From Candidatus Multivoradales bacterium (GTDB lineage Bacteria > Acidobacteriota > Thermoanaerobaculia > Multivoradales > Multivoraceae), in NCBI GenBank assembly GCA_965223325.1, contig CBDCWI010000002.1, positions 3,648,001-3,712,000 on the forward strand: a stretch of DNA of 64,000 nt, given 5' to 3'. This document shows positions 20,123 to 29,942 of the stretch, piece after piece. Under the pieces are notes generated by a model. It worked only from the letters and a program-made list of their open reading frames with translations. It did not search any database and was not told the origin of the DNA. A program made the translations under genes and the position numbers. Position 1 is the stretch's first letter, and every line of letters starts with the position of its first letter.

Positions 20123-21190
20123 ATGCCTCGATTCCCTCTTGCGCTCCGGCTTCCCAGGCCGGTGCTTCTACTGCTGGCTGCCGTTCCCCTCACCATGGCG
20201 AGCCTGCTGGTCACGGCCTGTGGTGACGAGCGAACGGCACTGGTTGTCTACTCGCCGCATGGCCGCGATCTCCTGCAGCTGGTCGAAGCCGCCTGGGAGG
20301 AAAAGCACCCCGACATCGACCTGCGTTTCCTCGACATGGGTTCCCAGGAGGTCTATGACCGGGTGCGTTCCGAGCGCGCGAACCCACAGGCAGACGTCTG
20401 GTTTGGAGGCCCCTCGACGATTCTCGGGCGCGCCGCTTCCGAAGAGCTGCTCGAACAGCACGCCCCGGCCTGGGCCGATCGTGTGCCTGCCCCCGGTCGT
20501 GATGCCGGCGGCCGTTGGTATGCGCTTTACCGCACGCCGACCTTGATCGTCTTCAACCGCGACGCGGTGGCAGAAGAAGAGGTTCCGCTCGACTGGCAGG
20601 ATCTGCTCCGCGAGCGTTGGCGCGACGAGATCGTCATTCGCGACCCGCTCGCGTCAGGCACCATGCGCACGATCTTCGGCTATCACGTGTCGAAGTCGAT
20701 CGCCGAGACGGGCTCGACCGAGCGGGGCTTCGACTACCTACGTGGGCTCGATGCGCAGACTCGGGAGTACGTCCACAGCCCGGCGATCCTGCACGAGAAG
20801 ATCGTTCGCCAGGAAGGCCTGGTGAGTCTCTGGGAGCTCACCGACATCCTCAACCTCATCGATGGCGGTGCTCCGCTCGGCTACCGCTTTCCGAAGAGCG
20901 GAACTCCCGTCATTCCAGACTCGGTGGCGCTGGTTGCCGGCGCACCGCATCGTGCGGCGGCGGTCGAGTTTCTCGATTGGCTGGGGAGCGACGAGGCGCT
21001 CGAGTTGGCCGCCCGCGGTGCGCACCGGCTACCAGCGCTCGAAGGGCTCGACGCATCGAAGATGCCGCCCTGGATCGCAGACGTGACCGCGTCTCTGGTT
21101 CCGGCGGAGGTCGACTGGCGGGCACTCGAAGAGGACGGTCCAGACTGGATGGCAGAGTGGGACCAAACCGTCCGTGGCCGCGGAGAGTAG
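20123..21190 (+). CDS. ABC importer substrate-binding lipoprotein (Fe3+/polyamine class)
   Basis: Lipobox VTAC; LVVYSPH, ERANPQADVWFGG, DPLASGT. Confidence 0.85.
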   Translation: MPRFPLALRLPRPVLLLLAAVPLTMASLLVTACGDERTALVVYSPHGRDLLQLVEAAWEEKHPDIDLRFLDMGSQEVYDRVRSERANPQADVWFGGPSTILGRAASEELLEQHAPAWADRVPAPGRDAGGRWYALYRTPTLIVFNRDAVAEEEVPLDWQDLLRERWRDEIVIRDPLASGTMRTIFGYHVSKSIAETGSTERGFDYLRGLDAQTREYVHSPAILHEKIVRQEGLVSLWELTDILNLIDGGAPLGYRFPKSGTPVIPDSVALVAGAPHRAAAVEFLDWLGSDEALELAARGAHRLPALEGLDASKMPPWIADVTASLVPAEVDWRALEEDGPDWMAEWDQTVRGRGE

Positions 21191-22298
21191 CTCCCAGGTA
21201 GCGCTTGATGCGCCACCGTTTGCCGAGTACCGAGGGGTCTACAAGTCCTTCGGCGGGCAGGTGGTGCTCGAGAACCTCGACCTCGAGATCGGGCGCGGTG
21301 AGGTGTTGGCGTTGCTTGGTCCGAGCGGGAGCGGCAAGACCACCGCGCTTCGTTTGATGGCGGGCTTCGAAACCCTTGACGAGGGCGAGATCCTGGTCGA
21401 GGGTCAACCGGTCCATGACATGCCGGCGCGCCGGCGCGGCTTTGGGATGGTGTTTCAAAGCTACGCCCTGTTTCCCCACCTCACGGTTTCACAGAACATC
21501 GGCTTTGGACTCGAGGCACGAGGCGCGACGGCGGCTGAGATTCATGCTCGGGTCGAGGCGCTGTTGCGCATGGTCGATCTGGTGGGCTTCGAAGACCGCT
21601 ACCCGGCTGAGGTTTCCGGTGGCCAGCAGCAGCGCGTCGCTCTGGCGCGGGCGCTCGCTCCGCGCCCGGCCCTCCTGTTGCTGGACGAGCCGCTTTCCAA
21701 TCTCGATCCCGACCTCCGCGAACGAACCCGCGACGCACTGGGTGCGGTTCTCGCCGAAAGCGGCACGACGACCCTCCTGGTGACCCACGAGCAGGAAGAA
21801 GCGTTCGACCTCGGCGATCGGGTCGCGGTCCTCAACCGCGGCCGGCTCGAACAAGTCGGTCGATCGCGCCAGTTGTACGACGCACCGGAAACCGCCTTCG
21901 TTGCTTCCTTCGTTGGCCGGATCGGGTTCCTGGATGCAGTGCTCGAGGAGACCGGTGCGCAATCCGGGCGAGTGCGTATTCTCGGAGCCCCCGGTCAACC
22001 GAGCCCGGCCGATTGGCAGGTCAAGGCGCCAGGTCAGTGCGCCCTCGGCGACCAGGTGCTCCTGGGGGTTCGACCTGAGTGGCTCGAGGTGGTTGAACCC
22101 GACACGCCAGAGGCTCTCTGTGGAGTCGTCGCGCGCCGGCGCTTTACCGGTCCGTTGACCTACCTCGAGGTGGAGCTCGAGCTGGGTAAGACCCTGGAAG
22201 TCGTTGATGCCGAACGGCGCGGTTCAACCGGCGACCGGGTGGGCATCGTTCCGTCGCTGCACTGGCCGAGGGTCTTCCCGATTGACAGCTCCGCCTGA
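21174..22298 (+). CDS. ABC importer ATPase (FbpC/PotA class)
   Basis: GPSGSGKTT, VFQSYALFPH, SGGQQQR, LLDEP, TOBE-like tail; start codon uncertain. Confidence 0.92.
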   Translation: MAAESSSQVALDAPPFAEYRGVYKSFGGQVVLENLDLEIGRGEVLALLGPSGSGKTTALRLMAGFETLDEGEILVEGQPVHDMPARRRGFGMVFQSYALFPHLTVSQNIGFGLEARGATAAEIHARVEALLRMVDLVGFEDRYPAEVSGGQQQRVALARALAPRPALLLLDEPLSNLDPDLRERTRDALGAVLAESGTTTLLVTHEQEEAFDLGDRVAVLNRGRLEQVGRSRQLYDAPETAFVASFVGRIGFLDAVLEETGAQSGRVRILGAPGQPSPADWQVKAPGQCALGDQVLLGVRPEWLEVVEPDTPEALCGVVARRRFTGPLTYLEVELELGKTLEVVDAERRGSTGDRVGIVPSLHWPRVFPIDSSA

Positions 22299-22319
22299 GG
22301 GGAGCTTCCTGGCTCGCGC

Positions 22320-23963
22320 ATGAGAAACGTCACCGTTGCCGCATCGCTTCTCGCTCTTCTGCTGCTCTGGCTGGTGGCCTATCCGCTACTTCTGACCACT
22401 GGGGAAGCGTTTGGGATCGGCGCGGGAGAGCCGGGTGTGTCCTTTTTCGCCGAGTTCTTCTCGCGTTCCGATGAGTGGCGTGCGCTTTGGCGTAGCGCCT
22501 GGGTGGCGGTTCTCTCGGTTGCGCTGGCGGCCTTGATCGGCGTGCCGCTCGGTTTCGTCTTCGAGCGCACCGAGTTTCCGGGGCGGCGGATTCTCGGCGC
22601 CCTGGTTGCCTTGCCGGTGGCGCTTCCGCCTCTAGTCGGTGTGATCGCGTTCCTCTTTCTGTGGGGCGAGTCCGGCATCGTCGCGCGCTCCCTACAAGCA
22701 GCCGGACTCGATGTCAGTTGGCGGTTCACCGGTGCAGTTGCCATTCTGGTCGTGCACGCCTATTCGATGTACGTGTACTTCTACCTCCTGACCCGCGCTG
22801 CACTGGCCCGCGTCGATGCGGCGCTCCTCGAAGCGGCTGCGAGTCTCGGAGCCGGGCGCACTCGCACGCTTTGGCGCGTAGTCTTACCGCAACTGCGTCC
22901 GGCCCTGGTGTCTGCGGCTCTTCTGGTTTTCATGACCGCGCTCGCATCGTTTTCGGCGCCGTACATTTTCGGCGGCGGCTTCCGAGTGATGACGACCCAG
23001 ATCGTCGCCTCGAAGACCAACGGCCAGCTGCAGATGGCTCAGGTCGAAACGGTCATGTTGCTTCTCCTGGCGGCGATCGGCCTGGCGGCGTTTCGCCTGC
23101 TCGACCGCGGTGAACGCTTGACCGGTGGCGAGCGCGGAACGCCGCCGGCGAGAGTCCGCCTTCGCTCAAAACGCGCCCGGCTGCTGGCCGCCATTGTTGG
23201 TTGGGGAATGGCGCTCTTTCTCCTGATGCCGCATGCGACGCTCGTTCTCCTGTCGTTGGTCCCCGCCAACAGCTGGACGACCGAAGCGCTGCCGCCGGTT
23301 CTTTCGCTCGAGAACTGGCGCATCCTGTTGACTGAAACCGAGCGCCTCCGGCCGGGTCTCAATTCCTTGTGGATGGCTTCAGTCGCCACCGTCGGTGCTC
23401 TCGCCCTCGGCTTTCTCGGCGCCAGGTTGGCGCTCGCGCGTCGGGGGTTCCTGGGGCGCTTGCTCGAGGGGCTGTTGGCGTTGCCCTGGGCGGTTCCAGG
23501 CACGGTGTTCGCGATCGCGCTGGCGGTCGCCTGGAGCGTGCACCGTCCGCTCATGGGTCGCCTGGTGTTGGTGGGAACGGTGTTCATTCTGCCGCTCGCC
23601 TATCTGGTGCGCAGTCTGCCGCTGACCAGCCGAGCGGCCTTCTCCGGCCTTCGCCAGCTCGATCCGTCGCTGGAAGAGGCCGCTCAGTCTCTCGGTGCGT
23701 CGGCGGCCAGGACGTTGTGGCGCGTGGTGATCCCGCGCATTCGCCCGGCCCTGGCCGCCGGGGCGGGCCTCGCCTTCGTTACCGCGCTGGGCGACTTCGT
23801 CACCTCGATCGTGCTCTACACCTTCGAGACTCGGCCGATTTCGATCGAAATTCTCTCCGGGCTCAGGCTGCGTGAGACTGGCGTCGCAGCAGCCTACGGC
23901 GTGGTCCTGATGCTGGCGAGCGCCGGGGCGTTCCTGATCTGGGGTCGGGAGTCGCCGCCATGA
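22320..23963 (+). CDS. ABC importer permease (FbpB class, two EAA loops)
   Basis: LLEAAASLGA and LEEAAQSLGA motifs, about 12 TM helices. Confidence 0.9.
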   Translation: MRNVTVAASLLALLLLWLVAYPLLLTTGEAFGIGAGEPGVSFFAEFFSRSDEWRALWRSAWVAVLSVALAALIGVPLGFVFERTEFPGRRILGALVALPVALPPLVGVIAFLFLWGESGIVARSLQAAGLDVSWRFTGAVAILVVHAYSMYVYFYLLTRAALARVDAALLEAAASLGAGRTRTLWRVVLPQLRPALVSAALLVFMTALASFSAPYIFGGGFRVMTTQIVASKTNGQLQMAQVETVMLLLLAAIGLAAFRLLDRGERLTGGERGTPPARVRLRSKRARLLAAIVGWGMALFLLMPHATLVLLSLVPANSWTTEALPPVLSLENWRILLTETERLRPGLNSLWMASVATVGALALGFLGARLALARRGFLGRLLEGLLALPWAVPGTVFAIALAVAWSVHRPLMGRLVLVGTVFILPLAYLVRSLPLTSRAAFSGLRQLDPSLEEAAQSLGASAARTLWRVVIPRIRPALAAGAGLAFVTALGDFVTSIVLYTFETRPISIEILSGLRLRETGVAAAYGVVLMLASAGAFLIWGRESPP

Positions 23964-23991
23964 CGTGGTTTCACAGTGAGGGCCCCTGCCG

Positions 23992-25236
23992 TTGAGGCGC
24001 GAACTCGGCGCCCGGCTCGGCGTCTTGATGCTTGCCGCCTTCGTCGAGACGCTCGGCAACTTCCTCATCCTGGCGCTCTTGCCGTACTACGGCTTGCGCT
24101 ACGGCGCCTCGCCGAGCATGGTCGGCGCTCTGGTGGCGGCCTTCGCACTGGCGCAGATGCTGACTGCCCCACTTTGGGGCCGGCTTTCCGATCGGGTCGG
24201 CAGGCGGCCGGTGATGGTTGCGGGCCTCGCCCTTGCCGCCGTCTCCTACCTGGTGTTTGCATTCGCCGACTCCCTGTGGCTGTTGATGGTGACCCGGCTC
24301 GTGCAAGGAATCGGCGGCGGGACCGTGTCGGTGGTGTTTGCCTACGTCAGCGACGCGGTGGCACCAGAGGAGCGCGCCGAAGGCATCGGTTGGTTGACGG
24401 CCGCCACCAGCCTGGCGGCGATGTGTGGACCCGCGATCGGTTCCTTCGCCAGCCGCTACTCGCCACAGGCCCCTGGGTTGGTGGTTGCGGCCATCGCCGC
24501 GCTGACTGCGCTGGCGCTGTGGTTGCTTCTTCCGCGCACCGCTCGCGAGATGGGTACGACCGCCGACGGTATCGACGATCTTTCCGGGTCACCGGAAGCG
24601 ACTCGCGGTCGAGAAGGTCTTGCGAGGTCCCTGGCCAGCGTTCTGTCGCAGCCCCTTCGGCCAGCGAACTCTCTGATCTGGATCTACAGCCTGTCGATGG
24701 TGGCCTTCACGGCGCTCACCGCGGTGATAGCGCTCTACCTGGACGAACGCTTCGGTATCGGCGAGCAGGACATCTGGATCTTTTTCGTCTACCTCGGTGG
24801 AGCCTCTGTGATCGTGCGCTTGTTCGCCCTCGGTCCTCTGGTGCGCCGGTTCGGTGAGCCTTCTCTACTGCGCGCCGGCGTTCTTCTGTTGGCGGTCGCC
24901 CTGGTTCTGGTTTCGCTGCCGCGTGGGCTCGTTCTTTTGTCGCTGATCTTTCTCCTGGTGCCGATCGGGACGTCGCTTCTTTTCCCGTGCACCACCGCGC
25001 TCGTTACCCGTCACACCGACGAAGAAACAGTGGGTCAGGCGATGGGTGTACAGCAGTTCTTCGGCGGCTTCAGCCGCATCGTGGGCCCGTTGTGGGCGGG
25101 AATCCTCTACGAGCGGGTGAGCATCGGGAGCCCCTTCTGGGTGACCGGCCTCCTGCTCCTCTTTGCCGGCGGCGTTGCCCTTCTGCTTCCGCTAGCTGCT
25201 CCGGAGGAGCCTGGCGGGGCACCCGAAACCTCGTAG
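23992..25236 (+). CDS. MFS transporter (DHA1/TetA-like)
   Basis: Motif A WGRLSDRVGRRP; 12 TM helices; RIVGPLWAG. Confidence 0.88.
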   Translation: MRRELGARLGVLMLAAFVETLGNFLILALLPYYGLRYGASPSMVGALVAAFALAQMLTAPLWGRLSDRVGRRPVMVAGLALAAVSYLVFAFADSLWLLMVTRLVQGIGGGTVSVVFAYVSDAVAPEERAEGIGWLTAATSLAAMCGPAIGSFASRYSPQAPGLVVAAIAALTALALWLLLPRTAREMGTTADGIDDLSGSPEATRGREGLARSLASVLSQPLRPANSLIWIYSLSMVAFTALTAVIALYLDERFGIGEQDIWIFFVYLGGASVIVRLFALGPLVRRFGEPSLLRAGVLLLAVALVLVSLPRGLVLLSLIFLLVPIGTSLLFPCTTALVTRHTDEETVGQAMGVQQFFGGFSRIVGPLWAGILYERVSIGSPFWVTGLLLLFAGGVALLLPLAAPEEPGGAPETS

Positions 25237-25296
25237 AGGCTCAGTCGCCTTCGCTGTCGCTGGGCGCTCTGGAATGGAGCCCAGACATGAGAACGC

Positions 25297-25325
25297 AAAA
25301 AAGCCGATGTGTCGTGACATCGGCT
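25297..25325 (-). terminator. Rho-independent terminator downstream of tRNA-fMet
   Basis: AGCCGATGT/ACATCGGCT stem followed by a U-tract on the minus strand. Confidence 0.7.
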
Positions 25326-25376
25326 CAGCAGGATCCAAGGAGGACGCGGGTTTTCGTTTCGCAAACCAATGAGAAT

Positions 25377-25453
<77 letters not shown>

Positions 25454-25470
25454 TCAATTTGCGAACGATC

Positions 25471-25499
25471 AATATAGGTGTCGCTTGGAGCGCTGTCAA
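25471..25499 (-). promoter_or_regulatory. Sigma70 promoter of tRNA-fMet
   Basis: TTGACA-17 bp-TATATT. Confidence 0.75.
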
Positions 25500-25518
25500 G
25501 GCATGTGCGGCGACGTGC

Positions 25519-26739
25519 CTACTCATAGCGCAAGGCCTCGATGGGATCGAGCGCCGCTGCTTTAGCGGCTGGGTAGATACCGAAGACGACACCCACCAGG
25601 CTGCAGAAGCCAAAGGCCAGGGCGATGGCCCATGCGGGTACGTACGCGGGTGGAAAATCGCCAGGCAGCAAGTACGAAACCAGCGAGCCGATACCCCAGC
25701 CGAGGGCCACGCCGATGACCCCGCCGAGCAGCGACAGGGTGATGGCCTCGATCAGGAACTGCACCATGATGTCCTTCTTGCGCGCCCCGACCGATTTGCG
25801 AACCCCGATCTCGCGCGTCCGTTCAGTGACCGACACCAGCATGATGTTCATGATGCCGATGCCTCCGACCAGAAGAGCGACGCCGACGACCGCCGAGATC
25901 ACCGCGGTGACTCCGCCGAGGATCGAGCCCACGGCACTCAGGATCTCGTCCTGCGCCTGAATCAGGAAGTCGTCGGGCTCGCCCTCGGGAACGTCGTGGC
26001 GTGCGCGCAGGATGCGCTTGGCTTCATCGCGAATGCGTTCGACCCCTTCGGGGTCTTCTGCCTTGAGGTACAAAAACACCTGGTCGGCGGCGCGCCGCCC
26101 GAAGGACGCGATGGCTGTGTCGTAGGGCAACAGAACCATGTCGTCGGAGTCCTGTCCGAGCGCCTGACCTTGTTCCTGCATGACGCCGATGATGGTCACC
26201 GGGATGTTGCCAACGTACATCTCGAGCCCGATGGGGTCGGCGCCGAGGTCGAGCTCTTCGATAATCGTGGTGCCGATGACGGCGACTTTCCGGCGCCGTT
26301 CGAGGTCGACGCGCATCAAGAAGCGCCCCCGCTCGACACCTTGTCCGGTGACTTCGGGAAAGTCCTCGGTGACCCCGGCGACGATATTGCGCGGTTTGTA
26401 CTGCCGGTCCAGGTACTTGAGGGTCGGTTGGCCCATGACCAGCGGTGAGATCGCCTCGATACCTGGTACCTGATCGCGGATGGCGCGCCCATCGTCCCAG
26501 GTGAGCTTGACCTGGCGAGCGAACATGCCGTTCGAGGTGCGATTCATCGGCACGATGACCACCACATTCGAGCCGGCGCTCTGAAACTGCTGGGTGATCA
26601 TGTGCTGCAGGCCCTGGACGATCGAGATCACCGCGATGACCGCTGCCACGCCAATGATGATGCCGAGCGTGGTGAGGATCGAGCGCATCAGGTTGGCCCG
26701 CAGAGCCTCGAAGGCGATACGGATGTTCTCGAAGATCAT
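25519..26739 (-). CDS. MacB/FtsX-family ABC exporter permease
   Basis: [43 protein letters not shown]. Confidence 0.93.
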   Translation of the reverse strand: MIFENIRIAFEALRANLMRSILTTLGIIIGVAAVIAVISIVQGLQHMITQQFQSAGSNVVVIVPMNRTSNGMFARQVKLTWDDGRAIRDQVPGIEAISPLVMGQPTLKYLDRQYKPRNIVAGVTEDFPEVTGQGVERGRFLMRVDLERRRKVAVIGTTIIEELDLGADPIGLEMYVGNIPVTIIGVMQEQGQALGQDSDDMVLLPYDTAIASFGRRAADQVFLYLKAEDPEGVERIRDEAKRILRARHDVPEGEPDDFLIQAQDEILSAVGSILGGVTAVISAVVGVALLVGGIGIMNIMLVSVTERTREIGVRKSVGARKKDIMVQFLIEAITLSLLGGVIGVALGWGIGSLVSYLLPGDFPPAYVPAWAIALAFGFCSLVGVVFGIYPAAKAAALDPIEALRYE

Positions 26740-27422
26740 GCTGCGCGCTGCTCGTCTTTGATGATCTTGCCGTCGCGCAGCACGATGATTCGCTCGGCGT
26801 GTGCTGCGATCTCGTCTTCGTGCGTCACCAGAACGACCGTGTTGCCGGCCTCGTGCAATTCACCGAAGAGCGACATGATGTCGGCGCTGGTGCGCGAGTC
26901 GAGGTTGCCTGTGGGCTCGTCTGCCAAGAGGAGCGAAGGGTCGTTGACCAACGCACGGGCGACGGCCACTCGTTGTCTCTGCCCGCCCGAGAGCTCATTC
27001 GACGTGTGGTGCATGCGCTCCCCCAGGCCAACGCGCTCGAGGGCGGAGCGCGCGCGGTCGCGTCGCGCTCGCCCTGACAGGCCGGCGTAGACCAGCGGGA
27101 GTTCGACATTCGAGAGCGCCGTGGTGCGCGCCAGGAGGTTGAAGGTCTGGAAGACGAAGCCGATCTCGCGGTTTCGAATCTCGGCGAGTTGTTCGTCGTC
27201 AAGCGACTCGACCGCCACCCCGTTGAGCTTGTAGGAACCGCTGGTCGGCGTGTCGAGGCAGCCGAGCAGGTTCATGAGCGTCGACTTGCCGCTTCCCGAA
27301 GCGCCCATGATGGCGAGGTAGTCACCGCGCTCGATGGTGAGGTCGACGCCGTCGAGCGCGCGTACGATCTCGCCGCCGACCTCGTAGGTCTTCTTGATGT
27401 CGCGTACCTCGATCAGGCTCAT
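26736..27422 (-). CDS. ABC exporter ATPase (MacB/LolD type)
   Basis: [36 protein letters not shown]. Confidence 0.93.
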   Translation of the reverse strand: MSLIEVRDIKKTYEVGGEIVRALDGVDLTIERGDYLAIMGASGSGKSTLMNLLGCLDTPTSGSYKLNGVAVESLDDEQLAEIRNREIGFVFQTFNLLARTTALSNVELPLVYAGLSGRARRDRARSALERVGLGERMHHTSNELSGGQRQRVAVARALVNDPSLLLADEPTGNLDSRTSADIMSLFGELHEAGNTVVLVTHEDEIAAHAERIIVLRDGKIIKDEQRAA

Positions 27423-28645
27423 GTGTCGCCTGACCGTCGTTCTGGGTCATCTTCGCCGTCTTCCTTGCTGGCGCGAATCGTGTCCCCCGCGGCGAGCTTC
27501 TTGAGTTCCCGGTAGGGGCCGGTGACGATCTCCCGATCCGTCGCGAGGCCGCTGGTGACCTCGATGTGGGTCGCGTCGGCGATGCCGACCTCGACGGGAA
27601 GCGCCTCGGCTTCTCCGTCTTTCATCGCGAAGACCACTTGTGCCTCTTCGTCTTCTTCTTCGAGCAGCTCTCCGTCGGCGGTTCGATAAACCACTGCCTG
27701 GATGGGCACCACCAGCGCACTCTCACGGCGGTCGACCTCGATCTCGGTGCGCGACGACATGCCAGCCCGCAGGCGCTCGTCGGGTGCATCGAGCAGTACC
27801 TTGACCTTGAAGAAGGTCACGTCAGGCTGGCGCGGGTCGCTAAAGCCCGAGCTCCCGATCTCAACCACCCGCCCGCTGTACTCATGGTTGGCAATCGCAT
27901 CGACATGGGCGATCGCGGGCTGACCGAGCCGCACGTCGACGATTTCGTTTTCGTCGACGTCGACCTCGACCAGGATCTCCGAAAGATCGGCGACCGTTCC
28001 AATCACCGAGGCCGGGTTGTTCATGGTGCCCGAGACCACCACCTCCCCTTCTTCGGCGTTGAGCGTGATCACGCGACCGGCGAGCGGTGAGTAAATCGTC
28101 GTCTTGCCGAGATCGTCGGCAGCCTTTTCGAGATCGGCCTCCGCCTGGTGGACGGCTTCGCGGGCTTGTTCCAGGTCGAGCTCAGCCGAGCGATACTCGA
28201 GCTCGACCTGCTCGGAACGCTCCTGCGAGAAGACCTGCTCGCTCAGCAGGCGCTCGGCGCGCTGGCGACGGATCTCGGCATCTGCGAGCCGGATCTCGCT
28301 TTGCCGCAGCCGCGAGCGAGCGATCTCGAGCTGCGCCCTGGCGCGGCTGTGGATGGCCAGGAAGGCCTCGCGCTCGAGCTGCAGGAAAGGGGCACCAGCT
28401 TCGATCTCCTGGCCTTCTTCGACAAACAGACGCTCGATCTTGCCAATGACGTGCGCCGAGATGTCCACCTTGATGCGCGGATCGACGCGCCCGCTCGCCT
28501 TGATGGTCTGGGCGATCGCCCGCACTTTCGGTATCTCGAGGTGGACCTCGGCTCCGCGGCCCTCCCGTTGGCCGCCGAAGACACTGGCGAGGACGATGGC
28601 GACGATCGCCAGGGTCATCGCGCCGCCGATTACAAAACGTTTCAT
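27419..28645 (-). CDS. MacA/HlyD-family periplasmic adaptor
   Basis: N-terminal TM, barrel-sandwich and coiled-coil, [14 protein letters not shown]; ATGA overlap with the upstream gene. Confidence 0.9.
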   Translation of the reverse strand: MKRFVIGGAMTLAIVAIVLASVFGGQREGRGAEVHLEIPKVRAIAQTIKASGRVDPRIKVDISAHVIGKIERLFVEEGQEIEAGAPFLQLEREAFLAIHSRARAQLEIARSRLRQSEIRLADAEIRRQRAERLLSEQVFSQERSEQVELEYRSAELDLEQAREAVHQAEADLEKAADDLGKTTIYSPLAGRVITLNAEEGEVVVSGTMNNPASVIGTVADLSEILVEVDVDENEIVDVRLGQPAIAHVDAIANHEYSGRVVEIGSSGFSDPRQPDVTFFKVKVLLDAPDERLRAGMSSRTEIEVDRRESALVVPIQAVVYRTADGELLEEEDEEAQVVFAMKDGEAEALPVEVGIADATHIEVTSGLATDREIVTGPYRELKKLAAGDTIRASKEDGEDDPERRSGDT

Positions 28646-29352
28646 CCGCCGCTCCTGGCGATGTTGATCCACTGCATGCCGAATTTGGCAAACATCCAGA
28701 AGGCCCACAGAGCGGCCACTGACCAGGTCACGGTTGAGGGTCGAAGCTTCGTCGCTGCCCGAAAACCGATGATCATGAGCGCCAGAACCCAGAAGCTGAA
28801 GAAGTCGAACTGCCGCAGAACCGCGGCGAGCGTCGGTGAAGCGTCGGCGGAGAGAAACGCTGCCGGGTTGGAGGCGAGCAGCCCGTTCTGTAGCTCCGTC
28901 ATGGTCAGCGCGTCGCGCGCCAGGATCATGAAGACCGTGATCACCGTCGCGATGACCATCGGCATCATCGCGTGTGTGGTCACCCCCAGCCCCACCGGAA
29001 AAGTCATTTCACTACCCAGAACCTTGAACACCAGCCAGAAGATCAGCGTGCCGACCAGGATCCCAATCGGCAGCGTCACCAGACTGCCGACCAGTGCGAA
29101 CGCCCAGCCGAACTTGTTCATCATCTCGACGGCCTTTTCGAGGTCTTCTTCCGGAAGATCCTGACCAGCCGTCTGTTGGGCGAGGAAGTCGCCGTAGTCG
29201 ACCTTGCCGTTCGAGGCCAGAGCGGTGGCCGATGCGAAGAGGACGATCAAGAGAAGGGGCACCAACCAGGTCGGGCGCTCGGCGATCGAAGCGAAGGTCT
29301 TTCCCGGAGAGATCAGGGCTCCGAGGGGGCGGAGAAAGCGCGAGTGTTCCAT
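28642..29352 (-). CDS. Yip1-domain membrane protein (YknW-like)
   Basis: SPGKTFASIAERPTWLVP start, about five TM helices, first gene of the exporter operon. Confidence 0.8.
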   Translation of the reverse strand: MEHSRFLRPLGALISPGKTFASIAERPTWLVPLLLIVLFASATALASNGKVDYGDFLAQQTAGQDLPEEDLEKAVEMMNKFGWAFALVGSLVTLPIGILVGTLIFWLVFKVLGSEMTFPVGLGVTTHAMMPMVIATVITVFMILARDALTMTELQNGLLASNPAAFLSADASPTLAAVLRQFDFFSFWVLALMIIGFRAATKLRPSTVTWSVAALWAFWMFAKFGMQWINIARSGG

Positions 29353-29575
29353 GGCTGAGGGTCTCTCGGTGGGTTTCCGGGCTCGGGGGCTTGGTCGTTT
29401 CGTTCGAAATGTCCAGCCGTGCTACGAGGGGCTCATCCCCGCTATTCGCCGGGCTGGCCCAGAAACAGCCCGTCTTCTTCCCACAGGAATGTCTTTCCAA
29501 CAGCACTGTCTACGTCATGGCGGGCGGAATGTCACGTGGTTTCAGCCACTGAAGAAGTCTCGATATGCTCGCCGC

Positions 29576-29917
29576 ATGGCGTCGAACCACCATGATCTCG
29601 ACCAGGTCCCGCCCCGCCAGGCAGCGGAATCGACCGCTTCGAGCGGTTCCTGGCGACCGGTGATCATCACGGCCCTGGTCCTGGGGGTGGTCTTCCTTGC
29701 CCTGGCGGGCGCTAAGGGCCAGCGCGACGTCGCCCTGGCCACCGAGCGCCGGGCGGCGCTCGAGACCGAACTCGACGAGACCAACGAGCGCATCAGAGAG
29801 CTCGAGCGCACGATCGATCGCCTGCGGGGCGATCCGGTTCTGCTCGAGCGTTTGGCACGCGAACGCCTCGGTCTGGCGGCGCCAGACGACGTCGTCCTGG
29901 TCCTTCCCGAGGAGTGA
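29576..29917 (+). CDS. ftsB: Septum formation initiator FtsB/DivIC
   Basis: TM followed by coiled coil, LERLARERLGLAAPDD. Confidence 0.8.
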   Translation: MASNHHDLDQVPPRQAAESTASSGSWRPVIITALVLGVVFLALAGAKGQRDVALATERRAALETELDETNERIRELERTIDRLRGDPVLLERLARERLGLAAPDDVVLVLPEE

Positions 29918-29942
29918 TCGCAGCTCTTTTCCGGTTCCTGGC

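Noticed and set aside
25519-29352. Yip1/MacAB exporter as the dedicated NHLP peptide exporter
   Set aside because: No C39 peptidase domain, separated from the precursor by ftsB and hrpB, and a common stand-alone operon; no link can be supported.
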